Position numbers and translations under genes: made by a program
Part shown: positions 15,901 through 27,627 of the stretch, in pieces
Numbering within the stretch: the first letter of the stretch is position 1
Layout of the letters: each line of letters starts with the position of its first letter
Notes under the pieces: model-generated
The model's input: only the letters and a program-made list of their open reading frames with translations
What the model was told of the DNA's origin: nothing
The model's database searches: none
Assembly: GCA_002269645.1 (NCBI GenBank)
Contig: NIVC01000877.1
Location: forward strand, 1-64,000
DNA: 64,000 bases
DNA from: Macrostomum lignano
Taxonomy: Eukaryota
Direction of reading: 5' to 3'

Positions 15901-18900
15901 GCACGGATCTACTGGTAATTTAGTAGACAGCAAAGACAGTTAGTACATGTATTGCTAAATTTAGTAATTAGGCAGTTATTAATCATGTTCACGACATGTA
16001 AATGTCATGATATTATGCATAACTATATGATTAACTATTAACCAATTAATTATCTTACTGTTGCTACGCTGTACTTTGTGCATGTGTTTTGTAAATAAAC
16101 TTGGAAATCCTTCATCAGTGGAGAACTCAGACATGCAAGGGCGTTGGCAGAGTAAGTACTGCATTAGTCTGGGCAGAGCATGTCATACAGATAGCTCTTA
16201 ATTCCCTTTGCACTGAATCAGCCAAGCGTACTAACTATCCAACCGATCCTGGGATCATGGCATCCCAGCTCCCCGTCATTGCGTGCAGCCATCTGCTTCT
16301 TTCATATTTAATCTCCCAAGTCAGTTTCACCGGAGTCCCTCATCTCTGACAAAGAAAGCCGATACTTGAGTGAGTCGGCCTTCTTCATCTCAATGTGGAT
16401 GCTGTGCGTGGCGTGCCAAGAACAAAGAGCTGATTTGATTTCGCTTATTAAGTAAAACAAATTAATGCAGTCCTCAGGCATGCAATGCGGCCCGTCCATT
16501 TCATAATCCAAAGGCATTGAAAAGCAGCTCACTGTGCTGTGCAGTCTCTCTGCCAGGCATGCCTGCCTCAAGAAGAAACACAGTCTGCAGACTCCCATCA
16601 GGTCCCAGGCTCGATTTAATTCGGTTTTTAACATAGACTGTGAAGGGAACGTAGCCCAGAGGTCTAGCGCGGCGTTCTGATGTGTCAGCGGCCCAGGCTC
16701 GAATCCAAGTGCAATAACATTTAATTTGTGACTAAATTGGAATCTCAGCTTGGCTCTGGTCGTGCAGTTGACGCCCTTGAGGGCCAACCCCCAAGGCACA
16801 GTGAAGTGTCAGTGACATCCCTAAAGATGAGGGCCGCTGTACACTCCTGTGCGAGTGTGTGCCTGTGCGTATGACTGCGTACGTATCCGCGCGCTTGTGT
16901 GCCTGCTCAGGGAGTCGGCAGAATGGGCAGTAATGCCTATCGCCGGTTGTGTGACAATGTCGCTTAAAGTGCGCCAGGGTGAGTGTGCACACTGAGGGTC
17001 AGCCTCGAGCCTCAGGTACAGAGTGAGTGTGCGCACTGAGGGTCAGTCTGGAGCCTCAGGTACAGAGTGAGTGTGCGCACTGAGGGTCAGTCTGGAGCCT
17101 CAGGTACAGAGTGAGTGTGCGCACTGAGGGTCAGTCTGGAGCCTCAGGTACAGAGTGAGTGTGCGCACTGAGGGTCAGTCTGGAGCCTCAGGCACAGTGA
17201 GTGTGCGCACTGAGGGTCAGTCTGGAGCCTCAGGTACAGAGTGAGTGTGCGCACTGAGGGTCAGTCTGGAGCTCTGGAGCCTCAGGTACAGAGTGAGTGT
17301 GCGCACTGAGGGTCAGTCTGGAGCCTCAGGCACAGTGAGTGTGCGCACTGAGGGTCAGTCTGGAGCCTCAGGTACAGAGTGAGTGTGCGCACTGAGGGTC
17401 AGTCTGGAGCCTCAGGTACAGAGTGAATGTGCACACTGAGGGTCAGCCCAGCAAGGCCAGGATAATGAGCAGGTTTCAATCACCTCAAGCACCCCAACCA
17501 ATCTCCAGGGCGTCAACGGCCAGGTGTTCTACCGCCTGCTGCGGCTGGAGGCCAGGCCGACCCAAGGCGGTCCCGACTCGCCTCCTCTGGTGGTTTTCGA
17601 CAAGCCCGAGCAATGGCACTTCAACGTGTCCGAGAAGGGCGCCATCTTGAGCACTGGCAAGCTCGACCGTGAGACCTTCGAGCTGTACACCCTCACCGTG
17701 CTGGCCTACAACAAGCTGGCCCGGCCGCAGCTCAACTCCACCGCCAGAATCTCCGTCGAACTCATCGACGTCAACGACAACCCGCCCGAGTGGTTCTTCC
17801 CGGCCGAGCGGGGACAGTTTGTCAACATCTCCTCTGCTCACAGCCTGAACGAGCCCGTGACCTCCGTAGAAGCTCGGGACCGAGACCGACTGAGCAACAT
17901 CACCTACACCTTGGTGGGCGGCTCGCAGTACTTCTCGGTGGACCGCATCACCGGGCAGGTGCGAGCGCTCCGAGCCCTGGTGCCCGGCCTGCACGAGCTG
18001 TCAATCAGAGCCGACGACAACGTGCAGTACAACCATGCCGTCCACACCACGCTGATCGTCAACGTGATCCAGCCTAGCAGAGCCGCTGGGCACCTGAAGG
18101 ACGCTCAGCTGAATCTCACAATTATCGTTTCCATGGTGATCGCCACGGCTGTTATCAGCGTCGGTCTGGTCTTCGCCATCGTCTGCGTCCGTCGACGCGG
18201 CAGCTCGGGCGACTCCGGCATCAGCGGCCACGACGACGGAGGTCTCGGCGACATGGGCGACGAGCGCGGCGGCTTCCTGGCCGGGGAGTTCGACAAGGAG
18301 GCGTGCCAGTGCCAGTGCTCCCTGCCGGACATGGACATCGGCCCGGTGTCAACGGATCATCACATGTACAGCCACCTGTGCGGCGGGACAGCGAAGTTCA
18401 GCGACTCCGGCACCGCGGGCTTTGGTCAGCGGCTGCAACAGCAGCAGCAGCAGCAGCAGCAACAGCTGCAGCATCAGCACTTTGCAATGACCACCTTCAG
18501 TCACAACGACAGCACTTATGACCTGCGGCCGGCCGCGCCACCTCCGATGCCGTCCATGCCACCAATGATGGACCAGCAGCTGAGGAATGAAGTGAGCATT
18601 GGGGCGCTTCCCGAAACTCGATTCACCGAGGCAGAAAATTCTTTGTTGAAACCGTGAGAAAATGGCTCATAAATTCGGTAGACAAGTTCGTTCGGTAGAC
18701 AAGTTCATTCGGTAGACAAGTTCATTCGGTAGACAAGTTCATTCGGTAGACAAGTTCCGGTAGACAAGTTCATTCGGTAGACAAGTTCATTCGGTAGACA
18801 AGTTCCGGTAGACAAGTTCGTTCGGTAGACAAGTTCGTTCGGTAGACAAGTTCATTCGGTAGACAAGTTCATTCGGTAGACAAGTTCATTCGGTAGACAA

Positions 18901-19825
18901 GTTCCGGTAGACAAGTTCATTCGGTAGACAAGTTCATTCGGTAGACAAGTTCCGGTAGACAAGTTCATTCGGTAGACAAGTTCATTCGGTAGACAAGTTC
19001 GTTCGGTAGACAAGTTCGTGACTAGCTCGTTAAGAGGTCAAAGAGCTTCACATATCTGTGACATTGACGAGAAGTGCCAGTCTAGAAGTTTACAGTTCAA
19101 TGAACGGGACTTAGGCAAGCGTCGTTATCCGGAACAAGGTAGCAACAGGAGGAGCTGCACGTTTGGGATGCTAATTAGTTGCGACTTTAATTAGTAGTCG
19201 ATGCAGAACCCAAAAGTCCAATAGGAGCAGGATTTGCAGCAGCGCGAGGCAATGCATCAATCCAAAGGCTGGGAAACAGGGAGGTGTGACACAGTGCAGG
19301 TAAAGGAAGCTTTACTGGGAAGCAACTTTCGACCTTTCGACGACTGACTGATTCCGTAGAATAATGAACGGAGAGCGGTCTTCCCGCGCAGGGACATCAC
19401 CTGGGGGTGTGACCTTAATCCTGCACAATCTCCTAGGGAAGATTACGGTGGGATTTATGTCTCTGATCTCCTCTTCATCATGAAAGTGTGCCAGATCTCC
19501 TTAGAAGTGGGCGAAAAGTCCCGGCCTCTGCAGTTGCCGGGCCGAATCCTTTCCGGACAACATGCGAGCCCAGCAGGAGACGGCTTGGCGTATCCTCGCC
19601 TCCACACATTTCCAACAGCACCGCACCAGTTTTCTCAGTTATCCGTCACCTCCACCATCCCACAGGTGGTCATCAACCAGCAGGACCTGGACGGGGACAG
19701 CGCAGACTCCGGTCGAGGCGGCAGCGAAGACGATCACGGAAGTGAGTGCCAGTCAGTCAGTCAGTCAGTCAGTCAGTCAGTCAGTCAGTCAGTCAGTCAG
19801 TCAGTCAGTCAGTCAATCAACCAAC

Positions 19826-19863
<38 letters not shown>

Positions 19864-20273
19864 TTTTGACAGGCCACCTGCTGGGAGGGCTCCGCACCAG
19901 CAGCCAGCTGCATCACCACCTACACCATCATCATCACCACCTGCACGCGGCAAGCAGCTTCTCCAACGGAGGCGGCGTCGTCCCGGCAGCTTCCTCGGCG
20001 TCTGCGACCTCGGCAGCGTCCGCTGGCAGCAGCTCCTTGTCGGCGGCTGCCTGCCACTGCGCCGGCATCCCCGAGGAGGAGAATTCCTCCTGTGCTGGTG
20101 GCGAAGCTGATTGTCCACAGCAGCAGCAGAGTTTTCTGCCACCCCCGCTGCCGCCGCACGGAGTCGTTGAGTTCCACGGCGGTGGCACGCTGAGCCGCCA
20201 GACGCTGACTCGGCAGCAGCAGCCGCAGCAGCAGCGGCTGAACTCCTTCCAAGGGCAGCAGCGAATCTGCTAG
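12902..20273 (+). CDS. Delta-type protocadherin (signal peptide, 7 cadherin EC repeats, TM helix, cytoplasmic tail)
   Basis: Exons 12902-13582, 13748-14947, 17509-18591, 19639-19741, 19873-20273. All junctions are GT-AG with compatible phases (0,0,0,1). Signal peptide MATGLRPLLALLPLLLLG; repeated DxNDNxP, DxD and LDRE/IDRE/DYE motifs; TM LTIIVSMVIATAVISVGLVFAIVCV; cytoplasmic DGDSADSGRGGSE resembles the protocadherin CM1 motif. Confidence 0.93.
13611..13730. repeat. ~49-bp tandem repeat (about 2.5 copies) in protocadherin intron 1, each unit with AGCCAATCA
   Basis: AGCCAATCAGAAGCGA.GAAGGG.TA.GGATGTA units; three CCAAT boxes. Confidence 0.8.
15176..15872. repeat. 26-bp minisatellite (GATAGTCTATGGCCAGTCCTAGCAGC) in protocadherin intron 2
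   Basis: About 26 copies, period 26. Confidence 0.95.
16645..16976 (+). mobile_element. tRNA-derived SINE, copy 1
   Basis: 5' tRNA-like head with A box TAGCCCAGAGG and B box GGCTCGAATCC. Head, body and 3' end (GACAATGTCGCTTAAAGTGCGCCA) are homologous to 34403-34637. Confidence 0.8.
16978..17448. repeat. 44-bp minisatellite (GAGTGAGTGTGCGCACTGAGGGTCAGTCTGGAGCCTCAGGTACA)
   Basis: About 10 copies starting immediately after the SINE 3' end. Confidence 0.95.
18673..19018. repeat. 17-bp minisatellite (TTCGGTAGACAAGTTCA)
   Basis: About 20 copies, some shortened. Confidence 0.95.
19750..19860. repeat. (CAGT)n-(CAAT)n compound microsatellite filling protocadherin intron 4
   Basis: Direct inspection. 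Confidence 0.95.
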
Positions 20274-21627
20274 TCTCTTAGTCAGCTCCTGACTGTCCCT
20301 TTGCCGCCTAAGATTAATTGAAAGCAAGCGTCTGCAAGTGACTACTACCTCTCTCAGCTCAGCTCAGTAGCATGTCGCGCATGTACTACTACTGCAGCTT
20401 ACTACTAAAACGATGAGTAGTATGTCAGACTAAGAAATCGCAATTGCAATGCATTCAGCAGCAGATCAAACCAAATCGTGAATTATGTACAGAATCCGAA
20501 GCAGGCGGACTCTGTTGCTGCCCTGATATTCAAATTAGTCATCTGCGAATCTGTGTTCTCAAAGCCATAGATCTTCGAATTTATGGGCAAATTAACTGTA
20601 AATTAATGATTTTATTCTCAGTCAGTCTAATTTCGTAACCGTAATCAAAGTTGTTGTGCACAAGTTTACACACGCGACGTGGCACTCTTTGCTCTTTTGT
20701 GAATTCAGCTTTCTTGATTGTTAAATTGAGTCTTTTACAGCAATAATTGTGCTTGCAGCACATCGTGTTGATAAATGAAGAGAAATAAATAGCCGCATGT
20801 CTGACAGAGCTATTCGAAATTTTATTTCCGATCGGCTTCTTTAACGAATTGATTTGGTTAAACTGAAACTTCGCATGAAGATTGATGGCTAGTTTAGAAA
20901 TTAGGCGCCAAGGACCGCTGGATGTCACGGCTGTATCGGGATGTTGCTGTCGCATTAAATGACAGTTTATCTGAACGCTTGATTTCCTCATTTTCAAGCA
21001 CTTGATAAACATTGCAACTGGTAGATCAGCCTCCAGTTCAACACAAAGCAGCAATGACCGTTGATGAAGATGAATGCTCTTGTGTTCTGTTTACAAATGT
21101 AACTTGTAGTTGTCTTTTGGACGTGGCATGTCTTTTGACAGTGGGAAGAAAGTTAATATCTGGACTAGACCTCATCTGCTTTCGTCTGACAATACTGACG
21201 CCCAGTGATTTAGGGACATTGAGTACCGTTGGTTGTGTACATTTTACAGACTGTAAAAGAGTTTCTACCTCTAGTGTTTTGCGCTTTTTGCCTGCAGTCA
21301 AAGGGTTAGGGCTGAAACTCAATGCAAAGTCCACGCCCAAATCTCTATGCTCCGGTGTACTGGTTGGCGCGTCGCTAAGCGGACAGTGCAAATGATTGCG
21401 CTAATAATAGCTACAGCTGCACAAACGCTCTGCTAGAAAGCCTACCCGATAAAGCGCTTATTCATGTCTTGCGAGTACACTGAATCGCTACTGCGTTAAG
21501 TATTGAGTCGAAAGCTAGAGAGACGCGGCCACGAAACTAAAAGCAGTAAGAGCTGGACAAGTTTACACCGTCTACTCGTAGCTTTCTAATATTGTATTTC
21601 TTTTTCGTCCTGAGTCTTTTTGTTCCC

Positions 21628-24600
21628 ATGGAGTCGCTATGCAGCAGCGTTCTGAGAGCAGCAGTTGCAGTTCTGATGCAAGCCGTCGGCTGCACTGACG
21701 AGCGGAGCTCGGATGTTACCGACATGGAAATCATGCAAGCCGTGGTCACGGAGAACGAGGAAGTGATCAATCGATACCTGCAAAAGTCAGCAAACGTGAA
21801 CCGACTGATTACAATACTCGGGCACGGACTTTCGCCCCTGCACCTGGCCTGCAGGCTTGGAAAGCAACGAGTTTTAGATTTATTCGTAGCTGCCCATGTG
21901 GACGTCAATCTTCAGAATGCGAACGGCTGCTCGCTTCTTTACATGGCGTCACTGCATGGACGCGAGCAAATCGTGGACTCTCTCATCAAAGCCCAAGCCG
22001 ATGCAAACCTTCAGGAAAATGTTGCTGGCACTTTCCCGCTCTTTGTCGCTGCACAGGAAGGTCATAAAACGGTTGTGGATTTGCTCATTAAAGCGCAAGC
22101 CGACGTCAATCTTCAACCGAGCAACGGAGAGACAGCTCTCTACTCTGCATCCGAGCACGGTCACTATCGAGTTGTGGATTCACTAATCGAAGCGCAAGCC
22201 GACGTCAATCTTCAACAAGCAGATGGGTGCCCGCCTCTCTTTATCGCATCACAGAATGGTCATCAAAGAGTCGTGGATTCACTTATCAATGCTGGAGCCG
22301 ACGTCAATCTTCAAGGAAGCATTGGCGAGTCGTCTCTGTACATCGCATCGCAGAATGGAGACTGTCGAATCGTTGATTCTTTTATAAAGGCACAAGCGGA
22401 TGTAAATATTCAAAGAAGAACGGGCGAGTCTTCTCTTCTAATAGCATCACAAAATGGTCACCAGGCAGTTATTGACTCCCTTGTCAAAGCGCAAGCTGAT
22501 GTCAATCTTCAAAGAAGCACCGGTGACTCACCCCTCATTGTCGCGGCGAACCGTGGTCACCAGCAAATAGTAGACTCTCTGATCAAAGCAGGGGCCGATG
22601 TTAATCTGCAGCAAAACCAAGGAGGCTCCCCTCTGTTTGCTGCATCACAAAACGGTCACCAAAAAGTTGTAGCCTCTCTAATCAAGGCTCAAGCGGACGT
22701 CAATCTTCAAAGAGACACGGGCGAGTCGCCTCTATTTATTGCGGCCCAGACTGGCCACCAGCAAATCGTGGAGTCCCTCATCAGAGCGCAAGCGGATGTT
22801 TCTCTTCAGCGACACACTGGGGAGTCGCCTCTCTACATTGCTTCACAGAACGGAGATCTGGCAATGGTGGACTCCCTCATCGAAGCCCAAGCAGACGTGA
22901 ATCTCCAGCAAAACCAAGGAGGCTCGCCTCTCTACATCGCATCTCAGCTTGGACATCAGGAAGTTGTGGACTCGCTCATCAAAGCGCAAGCAAACGTCAA
23001 TCTCAAACGAAACTCCGGACAGTCGCCAATTTACATCGCATCGCAAAATGGGCACGTGAACGTCGTTAACTCCCTCATCAGGGCGCGGGCAGACTACAGT
23101 GTTGAAGAAGGTGCTGCTGACTCGCCTCTGTACATTGCAGTGCAGAATGGTTATCAGGATGTCGTGCTGACGCTAACTAAAGCATACTATGACAACGAAG
23201 TGAGTTCGGAAAAACTCACTCGGCAGACTGAACCTGCGATTTCTGATCGTCAGTAAGTCATCTAGATACTTTAGAACAGTATGCCAACAAAAACGTTTTA
23301 TAATTTGTTAGTAATTTGAGTCATTGGGTTGGGGCCCAGACAGAATAGGTGTTCTAACTTATGCCTGAGTTAATAAGTTTGTAGAATGCATCCAATATAC
23401 CAGTACTTCAAGTTTAAAATGTTACTGAATTCCAACCTTGGCTCTGCTAAACCAACAGAGCCGTCCTAAACGACCCAGAACTCAGTGAGGACCTGCACTC
23501 AGCGCTGACGCAGTCCGGATTCGTTGAATCTCGAGCTGCTCTACAGATCGCAACAGCCGATACTTTGCAAGAGATCATGCGAGAGAGAGTGGGCGATTCT
23601 GATATATTTGTAGTTGGCAGCTACTCAGAGGGCTGGGGAAACAGCCTGAAGACACTGGACGGCCGAACTGACATCGAGTCCGACATTGACGTGATGAAGC
23701 TCCAGGCAGGCTGTACCATCCGAGAGGCCTCTGCGAGTGCGCTGAAGAGAGTGCACAGCATGAAATGAGCAATGGTCACATTTGGTGCCCGGGATTCGGT
23801 AAAGTTGTCTCCATCGATTCTTATTTAGCTGTTATGTTTACTCTTAGAAGCAGTTACTATGGACACTCGGTAATTGCTTTTCTTTATGATCTTCTTGGAG
23901 TGCAATAATGTAATTATTATTTGTCAACATTGCAGCTTCGAAACCCGCCATAGCGACTGAAGGCTCCGCATTGAAGCCGGCTACAGACGACGTCTCTGCC
24001 AGTCGGCTCTGCTGCTACCCGCCAATCGCGCCGCTCCAACCAGAGCGACTCGAGAGCTCAAACATTCCAAAGCCGCTGCTCGAGGCCTTGCATCGGGTTA
24101 CTACTTCTGACTCAACGCCCTGTCACGTGGTGCACGCAGCCTCTCCTGGTCGAGGAGGCCAGGAGCTCCGTGTGAGCACCAGCTTCCTGGAGAAGCGGAT
24201 GCTCAGAAGTCTCACTACTCTCCAAGGCCAGCTGTTCGTCATTCTCAAGTACCTGGTCAAGAAGGTCATCTGCAGCAAGGACGGCTTCAACCAGCAAGGC
24301 CTTAAATCGTACCACGCGAAGACTATCACGTTCCGAATGGTGGAGGAGACGCCGGTCGAGCAGTGGAAGCCGGAGAACCTCGTAAGTCTCGTGAGGAGGT
24401 CGCTGCAGATTCTGCTTGGCTGTGTGGAGAGCAGTCGCTTGCCCGACAATGCTCACGGCCGGATCATGGAGCACTTCTTCCTGAGCGACGTCGCTGTGTA
24501 CCTCAAGGGTGTCGGCCAGAAGGGTGAAAGCATGGGCCAGACTCTGGGCAGCATCGCGAGCACACTGAGAACAGTGATTGATCGGCTGCCTCAGCTGCAG

Positions 24601-25407
24601 CAGCAGTTCATGAGCAGTCTGAGACCCGTGAGCGACTCAGGAATATTCTACTTCCATCCGTTCCAAATCCTGCCTGATTTGAGACCAAGACCGCCGCCGC
24701 CTCAGCCTGACAGTCTGGAGTATCACGTGATTTGCGACGTAGTGAGGGAGTGTCTGGTGCGTCTCTCCCGCGGTGACTGCAGCCCGCAGTCTCAAGAGTC
24801 GCTCACAGAGCTGATTGCCAGACTGCCAGACTGCGCCGGCTCAGCTCGGGAGGCTCTCAGAGCGCTGGCGTGCCTGAAGTTCGGCTACCGAGGAACTGCA
24901 GAGAGAATCGTGAGTCAGTGCAGAGGCCTCTCGGTGAGCAGAGGCATCGCTTGGTCCGCTGAGAGGTCGGCGACCGAGGCAACTACGGAGTTCGTTTGGC
25001 GGCATCTGAGAAGCCGGGACTCCGCGTGGAAGTTCTGCTTTCGGTTTGAAAAGAGGCCTGAGTTCGCCTTCCTTGCCAGAGCCGTGCAAGAGATTTTCCC
25101 CCAGAATGTCGGAAACTATCCGCAGGTTTTCTTCATCAACTTTGACGCCCTGCTTTTGGCGCTGTGCGATGAACTGGATGCCCGGGGCGGCTCCTTTGTT
25201 GCTAGCCGGATCCAAGATATGGCGCAGCGAGAGGACGCTGATGAACAGGAATTGCAGGTGGGCATTCTGTTTTCTATGGACTTCACCGAAGCCACGGCTC
25301 TGATGGAGCGGCTGGCTGGACTGACTGGCGGAATTCCCAGCTGGCTGCGCGATGAGCTGCGCAAGAAATGGCTGCCAACTGGCGTCGCTGACCTTCAGCT
25401 TCAGTGA
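21628..25407 (+). CDS. Ankyrin-repeat / Mab-21 (cGAS-like receptor, cGLR) nucleotidyltransferase fusion, paralogue 1 (one frameshift as assembled)
   Basis: Exon 1 21628-23252 (14 ANK repeats; donor CA|GTAAGT, phase 2). Exon 2 23459-23798 (acceptor AACAG|A, phase 2; [29 protein letters not shown]). Exon 3 23936-25407 (phase 1; TDDVSA third Asp, [43 protein letters not shown] of the Mab-21 C-lobe). Frameshift near 23710. About 1145 aa if corrected. Confidence 0.85.
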
Positions 25408-25700
25408 CCATCGTTGACCTTCAGCTTCAGTGACCATCTCTGACCTTCAGCTTCAGTGACCATCTCTGACCTTAAGCTTCAGTGACCATTGCTGACCTTT
25501 AGCTTCAGTGACCATCGCTGACCTTGAGCTTCAGTGACCATCGCTGACCTTTAGCTTCAGTGACCATCGTTGACCTTCAGCTTCAGTGACCATCGCTGAC
25601 CTTCAGCTTCAGTGACCATCTCTGACCTTCAGCTTCAGTGACCATCGCTGACCTTCAGCTTCAGTGACCATCGCTGACCTTCAGCTTCAGTGACCCTCGC
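25387..25700. repeat. 26-bp minisatellite (GCTGACCTTCAGCTTCAGTGACCATC) overlapping the ANK-cGLR1 stop codon
   Basis: About 12 copies; the first unit is the last codons plus TGA. Confidence 0.95.
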
Positions 25701-26234
25701 TAACATCCACCATGAGCACAAACACGAATTCCTCTGCCTTGAGCAAAACAACCTGAGACCTGAGCACCATTAGAGAGTTTATGAGAGTGTGGATTAGTCA
25801 AAGATATTTATTTTGTAACTGTTTTCACAACAGACCAAGAAAATGTGATAGTTTGTTTAAATCTAGGATATAACAGCTATATAGTGGCTTTATTTTCAAT
25901 ATTAAATAAACTTTGGCAGGTGTTATGGAAATGCAGAATTGAAGAAATGCAGAAATACAAGGCGCCTCTAAACGGCAGTTCACATTACCGCTTGCAGCTC
26001 AGTTGCTCAAATATTGCTCAAATTAATGTAGAGCTCGTTAAGATCTGTTTTAAATTTTGACAAAAACTTTTCAGTATCTACGAGATTTTAATTATAAATT
26101 TTTTCTGTATTTCGTCAATATTTATTACCGATACTAAGTATGTAATCATGTACGCTCGTACATTTCTACAAAGTCTGTAGGTGTTGCATTAATTAGTTTC
26201 CGGCAGTAAGTAAACGAAGCTTCAAACGATCGAA

Positions 26235-27627
26235 CTCGTGTACACCACACCGGGACATCCACCTGCAGTCATGTACACCACACCGGGACATCCACCTGCA
26301 GTCATGTACACCACACCGGGACATCCACCTGCAGTCATGTACACCACACCGGGACATCCACCTGCAGTCATGTACACCACACCGGGACATCCACCTGCAG
26401 TCATGTACACCACACTGGGACATCCATCTGCAGTCATGTACACCACACCGGGACATCCACCTGCAGTCATGTACACCACACCGGGACATCCACCTGCAGT
26501 CATGTACACCACACCGGGACATCCATCTGCAGTCATGTACACCACACTGGGACATCCATCTGCAGTCATGTACACCACACTGGGACATCCACCTGCAGTC
26601 ATGTACACCACACCGGGACATCCACCTGCAGTCATGTACACCACACCGGGACATCCATCTGCAGTCATGTACACCACACCGGGACATCCACCTGCAGTCA
26701 TGTACACCACACCGGGACATCCACCTGCAGTCATGTACACCACACCGGGACATCCTACTGCAGTCATGTACACCACACCGGGACATCCATCTGCAGTCAT
26801 GTACACCACACTGGGACATCCATCTGCAGTCATGTACACCACACCGGGACATCCACCTGCAGTCATGTACACCACACCGGGACATCCACCTGCAGTCATG
26901 TACACCACACTGGGACATCCATCTGCAGTCATGTACACCACACCGGGACATCCACCTGCAGTCATGTACACCACACCGGGACATCCACCTGCAGTCATGT
27001 ACACCACACCGGGACATCCATCTGCAGTCATGTACACCACACTGGGACATCCATCTGCAGTCATGTACACCACACTGGGACATCCACCTGCAGTCATGTA
27101 CACCACACCGGGACATCCACCTGCAGTCATGTACACCACACCGGGACATCCATCTGCAGTCATGTACACCACACCGGGACATCCACCTGCAGTCATGTAC
27201 ACCACACCGGGACATCCACCTGCAGTCATGTACACCACACCGTGACATCCACCTGCACTCATGTACACCACACCGGGACATCCATCTGCAGTCATGTACA
27301 CCACACCGGGACATCCATCTGCAGTCATGTACACCACACCGGGACATCCATCTGCAGTCATGTACACCACACTGGGACATCCATCTGCAGTCATGTACAC
27401 CACACTGGGACATCCATCTACAGTCATGTACACCACACTGGGACATCCATCTACAGTCATGTACACCACACTGGGACATCCATCTACAGTCATGTACACC
27501 ACACTGGGACATCCATCTACAGTCATGTACACCACACTGGGACATCCATCTACAGTCATGTACACCACACCGGGACATCCATCTGCAGTCATGTACACCA
27601 CACTGGGACATCCATCTGCAGTCATGT
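26235..27627. repeat. 33-bp minisatellite (CATGTACACCACACCGGGACATCCACCTGCAGT)
   Basis: About 42 copies; explains the 11-aa repeat ORFs on both strands. Confidence 0.97.

Noticed and set aside
16645-16720. tRNA gene
   Set aside because: A and B boxes are present but there is no convincing acceptor-stem pairing, and homology to the 34403 copy continues about 250 nt past the head, so it is a SINE.
21592-23256. Standalone 554-aa ankyrin protein as in the ORF track
   Set aside because: A consensus donor overlaps the stop codon and is phase-compatible with the NTase exon in both paralogues, favouring a fusion. A short isoform cannot be excluded.
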